NCBI GenBank assembly: GCA_964016885.1
Contig: OZ024740.1
Span: forward strand, 360,530,001-360,594,000
Direction of reading: 5' to 3'
Origin: Eledone cirrhosa
Lineage: Eukaryota
Length of the DNA: 64,000 nucleotides
A program made the translations under genes and the position numbers. Below the pieces are notes generated by a model. It was given only the letters and a program-made list of their open reading frames with translations, searched no databases and was not told where the DNA came from. This document shows positions 13,895-25,614 of the stretch, piece by piece (the stretch's first letter is position 1; each line of letters starts with the position of its first letter).

Positions 13895-16591
13895 CTAATG
13901 GGTACAATTTGTACTACTAGAACATTTGGGTTTATAATAAAAGTAAGAATTAGAAATGGCATGGGGGCAAGAAGAGAATATCTCAGACTTTCTATTCAGT
14001 AAGGGTACGCTAGAGAAAATAACAGAGTGTGTCTCAAGTATACAGAGATTACAAAACTTACTATGTGCAGAAAGGTGGTTAGATCGTGCTACTAAACTCC
14101 AGTTAAGGCTATATGGTATATAAGCTCCCTTAAGATCCCAGATATAATGCGCTAGAGAGGTAGAATTCTTAAACCTAACATGTTTGAAGTTAGAGATATG
14201 AGAGTTAAACCTAGTCTTAAAAGTGTTTGAAGTAGATCCTATATACGTTCTTTTAGAGGAATTAGTTATAACCTCGCAAGCATAGACAATGTTCTTAGAA
14301 AGGCAGTTACCGTTTAGAGGGCAGTTAGCACTCACTCTACAATTGCACTTCCGGGTGTTATTGGATGGCTCGAGTGGTGATGTATTGCACGTAGGACCTC
14401 TATTAGATAAGGGCTGTTCTGGTGGTAAAGCATTGTCCGATGCATTCAGACTAGTAGTATGTAGAGAGGAGAATCCATCCCTAATTTTCCTATTATTAGT
14501 GCTAGCTAAATGAGAACTAATATTAGGGGTGGTAGAGAATGAGAGTTTAATAACATTTTTATTAAAAATACCATGGTATTTGTGAGAAGGGGGGAAATTT
14601 TTCTCCAAGATAGTGAAGAAAGACCTAGGGATATTAGTTGATACATCCTGATTATATGGCGGGTTGAAATAAGTATTCAATCGCCTTCTATTTTTATTTT
14701 TATTTTTATTCTTACCGACCCTACCTCTATCAAATGTCCCACCGTCGAGACTAGGGTTACTATCGGGAATAGTTGAAGCCACAATCATAGAATCAGCCAT
14801 AATTTCATTATGCCTATTATAGTTTCTACCTCTAGTAGATCCGCTGTTGTCCAGAATCCCTACAAGAGGATTAAGGCCAATGATAGGATCAGTAGGAGCA
14901 ACATTACTAGAATAAGATCCAGCAAAACCAACACCAATGCGTGAGCGCACAGGGGGCTCGACTTGTCTCTTAGAGGTATTATATTTGTTATTACGAGTCC
15001 GGTGGGATAACTTATGGGTGGGTTCAGATACTCCTATATAAGTTCTACAGTTACTATGTTTGCTACTCCCATTTATGGCCATGTTATGTGATATAATATT
15101 ATTATTAAGAGTAAGCGGAGACTTTCTAAAGTTACTATTATTATAATTTATTTTACTAGAGTGACCTGAATTTGCTAGGGCATTATTGTAGTACTCCGCA
15201 TGTTCATTAAATGTTCCTATGTCCTTAGATAGTGTGGAAATCCTATTAGAAACGCCCTTAATTATAGAGTTTATCATAGACTTAGGGTGGTTAGAATTGG
15301 GGCTAACATAAGAAAGAATTTCATTAGGCTTATGGAAGGGTTTAAAACTATTAGTGGCCAAGTCCAAAGTCACATCTAAAAAGTTAACCGCTCTATCATT
15401 TCTATCTATCGTGATTGAAAGGTTGTAGCTATTAAAAAACTTATAAAGCTTCTTCTTATTACGTTCTACATTGTTGGTACTAGAGTTAATTACAAACAAT
15501 GCATCATCCCGATATAGTCCGCCTACAAGGTGCGGGAAGGTAGCATATAGTTCATTAAGGAGGAACAACCCAACAAGATCAGTAACCTGGGCCGAATCAC
15601 TCGAACCCATTGTAACGTCGAAATTATTGGGCGTGTTTTTACGGGTCCAAAAAGTGTTCTCAAATTTAATAATAGTTTTACGGGCTGCTAGTATAATATC
15701 TACCTGCGATCGTGTAAGGCTGGACACTCTCATGGCCAACATTAAGGCTTTATTGAGGAGGATGGGTGAAATTGATGTGTAGTAGGCATCAATATCGAAT
15801 TGGATAAACTTATTAGATTCAAGTCTATTAATCCCAGAGAACCAATCTATAACTTCCCTAGTGTTCCCCCATAAGTTAAAATTAACTTTATCCCTAACAT
15901 CTGGTATAATAAGGTCAAGGATTTTTTTACTGATAATGGCTATATCCGACTTAGAAGGACAGATAAGTCTAACTGAGGGGTTACTAATAAAATCAACCTT
16001 ATGGTCCTTAAGTGTGAATCTCGGTTCTCGAGGGTAATATGGCTGGGTATACTTATCGAGTCCGAGGTCAGAGACTATTCTAAGGCCCTCACTATTGATG
16101 TGGTTCAAATTCTCAAGCGTAGTTTTTTTATAGTTTCTATATAACTCTTTATAAATAAAATCGCGGTATGTACTATAGTCCATGGAGTATAGATTCTTAG
16201 TCTTATCTGCCGGGACCAGAATGGACTTATTCTCACCGAAACCCTTAACAATATTTTTAAGTCTGGACTGGAATTTATCAAAATTACTATTGTTTCTATG
16301 TCTATTATTTGGCCTAAACCTAACATTTTTGACCAGAGAGAGTAAGTCACCTTCGAAACTATCTAATAGTATGTTGTGTGGTGGGCTCTTATACGTTTTG
16401 AAGCCGTAGCTATTAAAATTTGTTCTATTCCTGGGGTCCTTCCTATTCTTATTACTATCGTAGTGAAACGCACGCCATCTAATCCTTTTTACAAAGGAGT
16501 TAACACTAGCTATCAGTAGTTTTTGGTAAGTATTCTTAGAGGGGGTGGGAATATTTTTCAGAGATAAAGGCAAGTAACTCTTTGTCAGCAT
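13895..16591 (-). CDS. Penelope-like polyprotein: reverse transcriptase + C-terminal GIY-YIG endonuclease (898 aa, intact)
   Basis: VPADKT, PRFTLKDHK, QFDIDAYY, VTMGS, GGLYRDD, VNFLDV, CNCRVSANCPLNGNC, NIVY..TYIGST..FKTRFNSH, CNLCILE, LLNRKSE..CPH. Confidence 0.93.
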   Translation of the reverse strand: MLTKSYLPLSLKNIPTPSKNTYQKLLIASVNSFVKRIRWRAFHYDSNKNRKDPRNRTNFNSYGFKTYKSPPHNILLDSFEGDLLSLVKNVRFRPNNRHRNNSNFDKFQSRLKNIVKGFGENKSILVPADKTKNLYSMDYSTYRDFIYKELYRNYKKTTLENLNHINSEGLRIVSDLGLDKYTQPYYPREPRFTLKDHKVDFISNPSVRLICPSKSDIAIISKKILDLIIPDVRDKVNFNLWGNTREVIDWFSGINRLESNKFIQFDIDAYYTSISPILLNKALMLAMRVSSLTRSQVDIILAARKTIIKFENTFWTRKNTPNNFDVTMGSSDSAQVTDLVGLFLLNELYATFPHLVGGLYRDDALFVINSSTNNVERNKKKLYKFFNSYNLSITIDRNDRAVNFLDVTLDLATNSFKPFHKPNEILSYVSPNSNHPKSMINSIIKGVSNRISTLSKDIGTFNEHAEYYNNALANSGHSSKINYNNSNFRKSPLTLNNNIISHNMAINGSSKHSNCRTYIGVSEPTHKLSHRTRNNKYNTSKRQVEPPVRSRIGVGFAGSYSSNVAPTDPIIGLNPLVGILDNSGSTRGRNYNRHNEIMADSMIVASTIPDSNPSLDGGTFDRGRVGKNKNKNKNRRRLNTYFNPPYNQDVSTNIPRSFFTILEKNFPPSHKYHGIFNKNVIKLSFSTTPNISSHLASTNNRKIRDGFSSLHTTSLNASDNALPPEQPLSNRGPTCNTSPLEPSNNTRKCNCRVSANCPLNGNCLSKNIVYACEVITNSSKRTYIGSTSNTFKTRFNSHISNFKHVRFKNSTSLAHYIWDLKGAYIPYSLNWSLVARSNHLSAHSKFCNLCILETHSVIFSSVPLLNRKSEIFSSCPHAISNSYFYYKPKCSSSTNCTH

Positions 16592-16667
16592 ACTGTCAGA
16601 TAAAAATATATAGAGGCCAAAATGCCAGTATATATGTGAGTAAGCTCAACCTATCGGGAGCAGTTAC

Positions 16668-17530
16668 AAGGATTAGAATACTGGAGCGTGTTTGAGTCAA
16701 ACACCCTCTTCGTATTATAGAAATGACAGTAAAAGGTATAGCTCAATGCAGTTAAACAGAGCCAAAAAATTAAGAGAGTAAAACAAAGAATCCTTTAATA
16801 CATCAAAAGTTTTTATTAGCCGACAATGTTTCGTCCTATTAAGGACTCATCAGGGCAATCAAAACAACAAGAGGTAATATCGGCAGATACAAGCCAGAAA
16901 CTCTGAAGAATATGGAGTGTACATACACTAATGTCTTGCAAAGATATACGATAATAAAAATGAAAATAAAGATAAAAATAATAAAATTATAATAACTAAG
17001 GATGTAGATAACATTAAGAACCATATTACAAATATAGTCCAAAGCCACCAACCTAAATCTAAACAAATTTGGTTATATAGAGCAAGAATTATATATAACA
17101 CAATATAATACATTATAATAATAATATATTTATACCAACATTAAAATTCCAAATTAAAAATCAAAAGGTACAATATATACATGTATATATGTGCGCACAC
17201 ACACACACACATATAACAATACACATATCTATGTTCTATTACACAGAAATTAAGCCCTATTAGAAGTTTGAATATTAAAAATAAGCATGGTAATAGTGAA
17301 AATAATACTAATACATCTACCCAATATACATGAGGCAATAATATGATATAATTACTAGAAACACTTATAACAAATAATAAACAACAAAATTATATAATTC
17401 AATACAATATAATAAAGTAGAATAGATAATCCCCGGTTAATTTACAGAAACAATATAGATGTCACAATGAAATACAATGATAAAATGTTAACATTATATT
17501 AACAAGTACCATAAACAATATATACAAAAT
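16668..17530 (-). repeat. 5' pLTR of the PLE
   Basis: Direct repeat of 11806-12684. Confidence 0.92.
16818..16858 (-). ncRNA. Minimal type-I hammerhead ribozyme in 5' pLTR
   Basis: Identical to the HHR at 11956-11996. Confidence 0.85.
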
Positions 17531-17607
17531 ATATATATATATGTATGTATGTGTAAATATATATATATATATGTATGTATGTGTAAATAAATACACCATG
17601 TTTTTTA

Positions 17608-17668
17608 TTCATTCTGATGACTGAAGACAGACACAACATCTGTCTTCAAGAAACCACTGGTAAATGAA
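17608..17668 (+). ncRNA. Type-I hammerhead ribozyme in a short (TA)n-embedded element
   Basis: TTCATT-CTGATGA-c TGAAGACAGA cacaaca TCTGTCTTCA a-GAAA-CCA c TGG-TA-AATGAA. All three stems pair. Confidence 0.88.
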
Positions 17669-17702
17669 ATAATTATCTTATGTTGTTTATTACATAACTA
17701 AA

Positions 17703-17979
17703 TCCCCCCACCGCAAGGTGGTCGTGGAGGTGCCACGGCAAAAAAGCACCCAGCCCACACTGTAAAGTGGACGTGTAGGCGCCACGAAAAAGCACCCAGC
17801 ACTCACTGTAAATGAGGTTGGTGTTAGGAAGGGTATCCAGCTGTAGAAATCAAGCCAGATCAGTTCCTGTATGAGCAACGCATGGTCAGCCGACCAGACA
17901 CTGCCCACAACAGGACAACCCGTCTAACCCATGCTAGCGTGGAAGAACGGACGTAAAACGGTGATGATGATGATGATGA

Positions 17980-17983
<4 letters not shown>
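17703..17983 (+). mobile_element. 3'UTR-only RTE family B fragment
   Basis: Near-identical to 32190-32468; (GAT)n tail. Confidence 0.9.
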
Positions 17984-18010
<27 letters not shown>

Positions 18011-18014
<4 letters not shown>

Positions 18015-18401
18015 ATATAAGATCAAAAGATGGTTAAAGGAGTTCCATATATTTTATTATGCGCATTTCAAAAACAAACATCATCATGCAATAATATTTG
18101 TGTTTTCATCAGATAAAACAGGAGAACATGATATGAAGGCTAAAAAACACTTGTGGATAGTGCAGTTTTAAATCAACATAAAATTAGCCTTCATATCATG
18201 TTCTCCTGTTTTATCTGATGAAAACACAAATATTATTGCATGATGATGTTTGTTTTTGAAATGCGCATAATAAAATATATGGAACTCCTTTAACCATCTT
18301 TTGATCTTATATTATGCATACTCCAGTCCCACAAACTGTAGAGTGCTTCTTATCCGATATCTGCATTGCTTTATTGTACTACAATAAAACTCACCTCCTA
18401 C
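18011..18401 (+). mobile_element. Fold-back hammerhead mini-element
   Basis: Perfect ~133-bp inverted repeat 18011-18143 / 18184-18316 with a 40-nt loop and an 85-bp tail ending CTCACCTCCTAC. (TA)n on both sides. Confidence 0.85.
18209..18275 (+). ncRNA. Type-I hammerhead ribozyme (mirror copy on minus strand ~18052-18118)
   Basis: TTTTAT-CTGATGA-AAACA..TGTTTT-GAAA-TGCGCA-TA-ATAAAA. Stem III is the palindrome ATGCGCAT. Confidence 0.82.
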
Positions 18402-18429
18402 ATATATATATACATATATATATATATAC

Positions 18430-18905
18430 AATATATACGTAACATTAACATAAGACGTATTTACATTATATGAACTCATCCTCGGATAAGCTTATTTCTT
18501 CGCTCTTTCTTAATTCTTTTCTTTTCTCTCTCTTCTTTTTTTCTCTCTCTTCTTCCCAAAGCATAATTTAAATAAACGGTTGTTTTTTTTCAATTTTTCG
18601 GACATTCATTTGCATATTCACACAGAACTTTGAATTACCCTCAATAAAATCTTTCACTATCCAGCGAATTTTCAACCGTCAAGGTTGATTTCCATGGCTA
18701 TGTCACTATTTATAAAACAAATTTTGTATTTTATCTGATGAAAGCGTACCAAGACTGCCTATATAATAAAATAATTATGGTTTTATAAATATAGTTTCCA
18801 TTTATTAATATATTGAATATTTACTCCAGTAACTTGTAGAGTGCTCTATATCAGTTATAAACCTTTAAGTTTGTTGGAATCCCAACAAATTAAATATAAC
18901 TTCTG
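18430..18905 (+). mobile_element. PLE 3'UTR/pLTR remnant with decayed hammerhead
   Basis: TTTTAT-CTGATGA at 18729-18741 and ..TA-ATAAAA at ~18764-18771, but GAAA is lost. Tail matches 1502-1576. Confidence 0.6.
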
Positions 18906-19109
18906 CATATATATATATATATATATAGTTTCGTTGACAAATATATCAATGTGCCCAGACACGCAGATATATTTTTGATATGATTATATGCGTCATGAAT
19001 TATGTCTTTTTCTATATAGCGCTGGCCCCGGGAACGCCTGCTGGCCCTTTAACCTTGTTCTGGTGACGCAGCTTGATGGAGCATGCAACTATTGATATAC
19101 TCTTGTTTA

Positions 19110-19159
19110 TAGTCTCTGATGATTCCTGCCTTAGGGTACGGATGAAACACTGTTAGCTA
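19110..19159 (+). ncRNA. Type-I hammerhead ribozyme in a short element (~18928-19204)
   Basis: TAGTCT-CTGATGA-tTCC..GGAt-GAAA-C act G-TT-AGCTA then AATAAA. Same layout as the pLTR HHR; stem I is imperfect. Confidence 0.68.
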
Positions 19160-19201
19160 ATAAAACAATGTATTTCTAAGCACTCTTTGGTTATTCCTAA
19201 A

Positions 19202-19249
<48 letters not shown>

Positions 19250-19288
19250 CACACATATATATATATATATAAATAAATAAATACACAC

Positions 19289-19321
<33 letters not shown>

Positions 19322-19492
19322 TATAAATATATATATATATAGTAATAAATTTGAAGACTAAAATCCAAAGAGGGCTCGATAAGGATAAATATATATCAAA
19401 TATATAAGAACCGTAGAGCAAATATTTATTAAAATAACAGATATAAGTTTAAGCAAAGAATCGCTTATATATATATATATATATATATATAT

Positions 19493-21931
19493 ACTTACTA
19501 GAGGCGACAGATGAGGTCTGTGGCTGGAATAAGACCACAAGCAGGAGGAGAGTGACTTGGTGGTGGAACAATAAGGTAGATGAGGCAGTTAAGGCCAAGA
19601 GACAGGCATGGAAAGAATGGAAGAGCGGGTAGAGCAGGGTACATTACATAGAGACCAAGAGGGAAGCTAGGCAACAAGTATACTTAGCTAGGAGGGAAGC
19701 AGAGGATAGAAAATTCAAGTATGTTTTGCAACGTGAGGACCAGAAACAGGGGGTGTTCAAGATTGCGAGGCAGTGTGTCAGAGAGAATTGTGATGTCATT
19801 GGAGAGAAGTGTATCCGGAATGATAAAGGTGAGCTTGCCCTCACAAGTGCTGAGAAGAAAGATGCATGGAAGAGTCATTATGATAGATTACTAAATGAGG
19901 AGAATGCATGGGAAGAAGAGACCCTTCCCCAAGTAGACCCTATAGAGGAGCCAGCAGTACAAGTCAGCAGCAGCGTAGTAAGTAAGGCAATCAAAGATAT
20001 ATGAAGATGGGGAAGGCAACTGGTCCATCGGGTATAGCTGCCGAGATGCTGAAGGCATCTGGGTCTGTAGGTCACACTATAACCACACGTATTGTTAACC
20101 AGGTAATACTAGAAGGTGTCATACCAAAAGATTGGTGCAGTAGCATCATTGTCAACTGCTACAAAGGTAAAGGTGATGCACTCGATAGAGGAAACTATAG
20201 AGGTATAAAGCTGATGGACCAGGTCATGAAAGTAACAGAAAGAGTTATAGCACAGTTGATTCGGGACCAGGTGAAACTAGATGAGATGCAATTTGGGTTT
20301 GTACCAGGAAGAGGCACCACTGATGCCCTCTTCCTTGTGAGGCAGTTACAGGAAAAGTACCTAGCTAAAAGTAAGACACTCTACCTGGCATTCGTCGATC
20401 TCGAGAAAGCCTTTGACAGAGTTCCACATGCTGTAATCTGGTGGGCTCTTAGAAAACTAGGAGTAGATGAATGGCTTGTGAAAGCTGTACCAGCCATGTA
20501 TAGGGGAGCAGTCAGCAAAATTAGGATTAGCAATGAGTATAGCGAGGAATTTAGCATACAGGTTGGGGTCCACCAGGGCTCTGTTCTTAGCCCTCTCCTG
20601 TTCATGATAGTCCTGCAGGCAATAAGGGAGGAGTTTAAGACCGGATGCCCATGGGAACTCCTGTATGCTGATGACCTCGCACTTATAGCTGAATCTATGG
20701 TAGAACTAGAGAAGAAATTCCAAACTTGGAAGCAGGGACTAGAAAGAAAGGGTCTCAAATTCAACATGACAAAGACTAAGGTCCTTGTAAGTAGACGAGA
20801 AAACAGAACCCAGATCCCCTCAGGGAAATGGCCTTGCTCAGGATGTAGGAAAGGTGTAGGTAGGAACTCCATTCTCTGCCCCAAATGCAAACAATGGGTA
20901 CACAAGAGATGTAGCGGGATCTCAGGAACCTTAATTAAGAATGTAGGCTTCACATGCAGCAGCTGTACTGGGACAGCAAGCAGCAAACAGCCACAGGAAA
21001 CAAGTACCACCAATCTCTGGAAGGGCTCTGTAGAGACAGTAGACAGCTTCTGCTACCTAGGTGACCGAATTAGCAGCGGAGGTGGGTGTTCAGAAAGTAC
21101 AATAACTAGGGTAAGAACGGGATGGAAGAAGTTCAGGGAACTACTGGCACTGCTAGCTGGAAAAGGATTCTCCCTCAAAATGAAAGGCAGACTGTATGAT
21201 GCGTGTATCCGAACAGCAATGTTACATGGTAGTGAGACCTGGGCGCTGAAGGTGGAAGACTTACGTAGATTAGAGAGAAATGAAGCCTGCATGCTCCGAT
21301 GGATGTGTAATAGTAATATACGCGAACGACAAAGCATAAATGAATTGAGAGAGAGACTGAGCATAAGAGGAATCAAATGCTGTGTGCAGGAGAGGCGGTT
21401 GCATTGGTATGGACATGTGATGCGTATGAAGGATGGCAGCTGCATAAAAAGGTGCAGAGCACTAGAAGTCGATGGAAACCACGGAGTGGGGAGACCCAAG
21501 ATGACCTGGGATGAGGTGATAAAAGCCGACCTTACCCAATTACACCTCTCAAAGGTGATGGATGACACACGACCGTGACCTCTGGCGTCACGCAGTAATA
21601 CAGAGTACCCGACCTCCGATGGGTACAAGCTGAAGCATATAGACAATATGCCCCCACAACCTCCCACTGCAAGGTGGTCGTGGAGGTGCCACGGCAAAAA
21701 AGCACCCAGCCCACACTGTAAAGTGGACGTGTAGGCGCCACAGAAAAAAGCACCCAGCACTCACTGTAAATTGGGTTGGTGTTAGGAAGGGCATCCAGCT
21801 GTAGAAATCAAGCCAAAATCAGTTCCTGTATGAGCAAGGCATGGTCAGCCGACCAGACACTGCCCACAACAGGAGAACCCGTCTAACCCATGCTAGTGTG
21901 GAAGAACGGACGTAAAACGGTGATGATGATG

Positions 21932-21933
<2 letters not shown>
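19493..21933 (+). mobile_element. RTE LINE family B, 5'-truncated, frameshifted
   Basis: RT ORF pieces 19726-20004 and 20001-21578, highly similar to 29048-32167. (GAT)n tail. Confidence 0.95.
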
Positions 21934-21964
<31 letters not shown>

Positions 21965-22179
21965 TACACATATATATAAATATATATATATATACACATA
22001 CACATATATATTAAAAAAAAAATATATATATATATACACACACATATTATTAAAAGAATAATGTAAACATTTTAAAAAGAATTGTTCCTCTCATTTTTTT
22101 CAATAATGCTACTTTGATGAATCAAAGAAAAACAGAAAAACAGATCCTTAAATATATTTTCCATGCTATTTCCAATTCC

Positions 22180-22267
<88 letters not shown>

Positions 22268-22857
22268 TGTGTTTGTATGAACATGTGTGTATATACATGT
22301 CTTTCTATGATAATATAAGTATTATGTTTGTGGGATCATATGTTGGTATAGGTATTTGTGTGTGTGGTGTATTTGATTACAATGAGTATGACGTTAAAAT
22401 ACTTGACTACTGACAATATTGTCTACCTCCCATGTGGCGCCAACATTAGTAGTGCCTATGTTTCTTTAATAACTTCAATGAATTCAAAATTCAACTTCCT
22501 CTACTAAATATGACCAAGCCACTATTTTGTAAGACTGTGGTGCTGCGACACATTTTTTAATTAACATTTTAGTGGAGACGCAAACAAAAACATTTTTGTT
22601 TTTAACCTTTTACATCCTGTAATGATTTAGCAGAAAATGTTAAAAAATGGGTTTATTATTCAAATGTTAATAGCATCCTTTATTTTTAATGCAATACAGT
22701 CATAGTGTTGTTTTATAAACACAAACAACATAAGCATCCTCTTATATGTGTTCAAAATGTGTAAGTTACCATTTTGTTAGTATATTTCTAAGGAAAGACA
22801 CTGCCTTTGATTTTCAAATAATTTTGAAAGAAAATAAAGAATTTGGATTACCTCCAG

Positions 22858-22901
<44 letters not shown>

Positions 22902-23049
22902 AAGAAATTAAAAGATGGTTAAAAATATATGGAACTTTTTTAACCATCTTTTAATTTCTTCTTATATATACTTCAGTCCAATAAACTGTTGAGTGCTACT
23001 TATCCGATATATGCATAGTTTTATTGTCCTACAATAAAACTCACCTCCT

Positions 23050-23051
<2 letters not shown>
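22902..23051 (+). mobile_element. Short fold-back element, same family as 18011-18401, HHR absent
   Basis: 24-bp inverted arms 22902-22925 / 22937-22960. Tail ..GAGTGCTACTTATCCGATAT..CAATAAAACTCACCTCCTAC shared with 18340-18401. Confidence 0.78.
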
Positions 23052-23080
<29 letters not shown>

Positions 23081-23523
23081 CATTTACACATTTATTGGTC
23101 CCAATTGTTATACTGTGGCCATGTTGAGGCATTGTTTTAAGGGAATTTTAGTTAATCATATCGATCCTAGTATTTATTTTCATAGTTTCTTTTGGTCAAA
23201 CTGCTAAATTACATGATGTAAACACAGACATGGACACACATTTACACACATACATACATGCACAGATATACAACATGCTTCTATAGTCTCCATCAAATTC
23301 TATTCACAAGACATTGGTCAATAGCATAAAATATCTAAAAACAAATTTAATTCAAATGTTTATAGTATCTTTATTAGTGAACAGATTATTTTGAAAATTT
23401 GCAGAATTAGGATAAAAGCTTTAATTTTTCATGTGATGCAGTCATAGTTCATGGTTGTTTTGTATTTTTCAAGAATATCATACTAATGTGGTTTCATGCA
23501 GTAAAGAACATTAAAAATTCTTT

Positions 23524-24345
23524 CATCATCATCATTATCGTCTTTTTTACGTCTGTTTTTCCATGCTTGCATGGGTTGGACAGGTCCTTCTCAGCACAGC
23601 ATCTCTCGACTAGCTGCATTCCTTCGTCATCTCCTCTGTAGGTCTCAGTGATTTGAGGTCAGCTCTCACAACCTCTGCCCAGGTCTTTCTTGGTCTACTT
23701 CTACTGCAGTTTCCTTCCACTGGGATTTCCTGGCATTTTTTCATCCAGCAATCATTGCCCATATGCATCACATGTCCATACCAACGCAGTCTTTTCTCCT
23801 GCATACTACTTCATATTCCTCTTAAACCCAGTTTCTTCTTCAACTTGTCCAAGTTCTGCCTTTCTCTCACACTTTTATTGCACATCCAATGGAACATGGT
23901 TTCCTCATTTCTCTCAAGTTTACATGTCCTCTGCAGTTACAGCCCATGTTTCAATACCATGCAACATCGCACACAGGCATCATACAGTTGTCCTTTTGTG
24001 ATCAACAGTGGGTGCAGCTCTCTAAACCTTTTCCATCCTAACCTTATTCTAGCTATTATGCTCTCAGAGCACCCTCCTCCATTGCTAATTAAGTCACCTA
24101 GATTCAGGGGGCCTATGAAGGTCATGGGAACTGATTTCTTTCCCCGCTTCCCCCTCCCAGTCCTATAAGAAAAAAACATTGTACATCTGATGATGACACC
24201 AACTTATTGGCCCTTCCTGTGACTGTCAAATCTCTTTTCTAGATCAATGAAAGCTAAGTATAGTGGCTTATATTCGACTAGGAACTTCTCTTGTAGCTGC
24301 CTCACTAAAAAGAAGGCCTCTGGCATGAAACCAACTGCACCTTGT
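23524..24345 (-). mobile_element. Old RTE 3' fragment with internal deletion and filler
   Basis: LGDLISNGGGCSES, RLRWYGHVMHM; (CAT)n tail at 23524. Confidence 0.85.
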
Positions 24346-25147
24346 CTAAATAGTTACACTATAACTCTTTCCATCACTTTCAATATTTATTGTACAAGTA
24401 ATTTTACATTTTTTGTCCTTTTTCTTCCATCCCTCACAAATCATTGCCTGCCAACAACCCCCTACCTGCCAATGACCCTCCTCTTAACCTCATACTTTCC
24501 ACTGTCCTTCTTGACACACCCAGCACCCACTTTGGGAATATTACTGTAGTACAGGATCTTCTCTCCATTCATCCAATGTATAAGATCTAGTGTTTTCAGG
24601 TATGAGATCACTAACCACTTCCTCTCATTAATCTATCCATATTCACCACCCTTACAAACACGCACCAGCATCAGTTTATTACATGATATAATTTTTTTTC
24701 TGTGTGTTTATGTGTGTGTGTGATTCTGTTATTTGATATACAATTACCAACAATTCATGTTACGTCTCCTCTAAGGTCACAAACACAGCTTCCATACCAC
24801 TTTAGCCCTTCTTGTAAATCTTAGGTGGTGCTACTATTAATGCTGCTGTTGCTGGTAGTATTACGTATATTCTAGATTGCATCAAGAGAATATACGTAAT
24901 AGTACCAGCCTCTTATCTAGTTTTTATTAAGTTACTCACAAACACTCCCCGCTTCTGGCCTACAGATGTCTCTCTCTCTTTCTCTCTCGCTCTCTCTCTC
25001 TGTAAGTGGAATATCAATAGCCTCAGTATATCTCAGGGGGCCTATGAAGGTCATGGGCACTGATTTCCTTACCCCCTTCCCCCTCCCAGTCCTATAAGAA
25101 AAAACTTTGTACATCATCTGATGATGACACCAACTTATTTGCACCTA

Positions 25148-25197
<50 letters not shown>

Positions 25198-25235
25198 AAT
25201 TTGTATATCTACCAATAATTTTCTTATTTTACGTC

Positions 25236-25266
<31 letters not shown>

Positions 25267-25270
<4 letters not shown>

Positions 25271-25592
25271 AAGAAAAAGGGAAAAGAATGACTTCACTTG
25301 TAGTGTTAAAAAATTTATGATTTAATGCTATAATATTATGAGTTGGTAGATCCAGTAAGTTCTTTGTTACAGGCTTTGAATGCGAGAAAGTTCTCCAACC
25401 CAAGTTAACCAGGAATCTCTAAAAATCTTCCCACCGAAGTTAACAAAGAACTTACTGGATCTACCAACTCATAATATTAAATCATAAATTTTTTAACACT
25501 ACAAGTGAAGTCATTCTTTTTCCTTTTTCAAATAGGCTGTACCAGTGATTAAACAACTGATATACTCATCCAAAATGATAGAAGTCCAACAA
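25267..25592 (+). mobile_element. Fold-back element in (TA)n (no recognisable HHR)
   Basis: ~95-bp imperfect inverted arms 25267-25369 / 25442-25532, ~70-nt loop, ~60-bp tail. Confidence 0.65.
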
Positions 25593-25614
25593 TATAATAA
25601 TTATATATATATAT

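Larger units (their letters stand above)
11806..17530 (-). mobile_element. Near full-length Penelope-like retroelement with two direct pLTRs, inserted in (TA)n
   Basis: Direct repeats 11806-12684 and 16668-17530 flank an intact RT+GIY-YIG ORF. HHR in each repeat. (TA)n on both sides. Confidence 0.93.

Noticed and set aside
13895-16591. Selenocysteine recoding as reported for some PLEs
   Set aside because: The ORF has no in-frame TGA; the conserved cysteines are ordinary Cys codons.
20381-21013. Recurrent antisense ORFs in RTE copies (also 30922-31551, 46543-47175)
   Set aside because: Shadow frames of RT that recur because the copies are recent; no independent motif.
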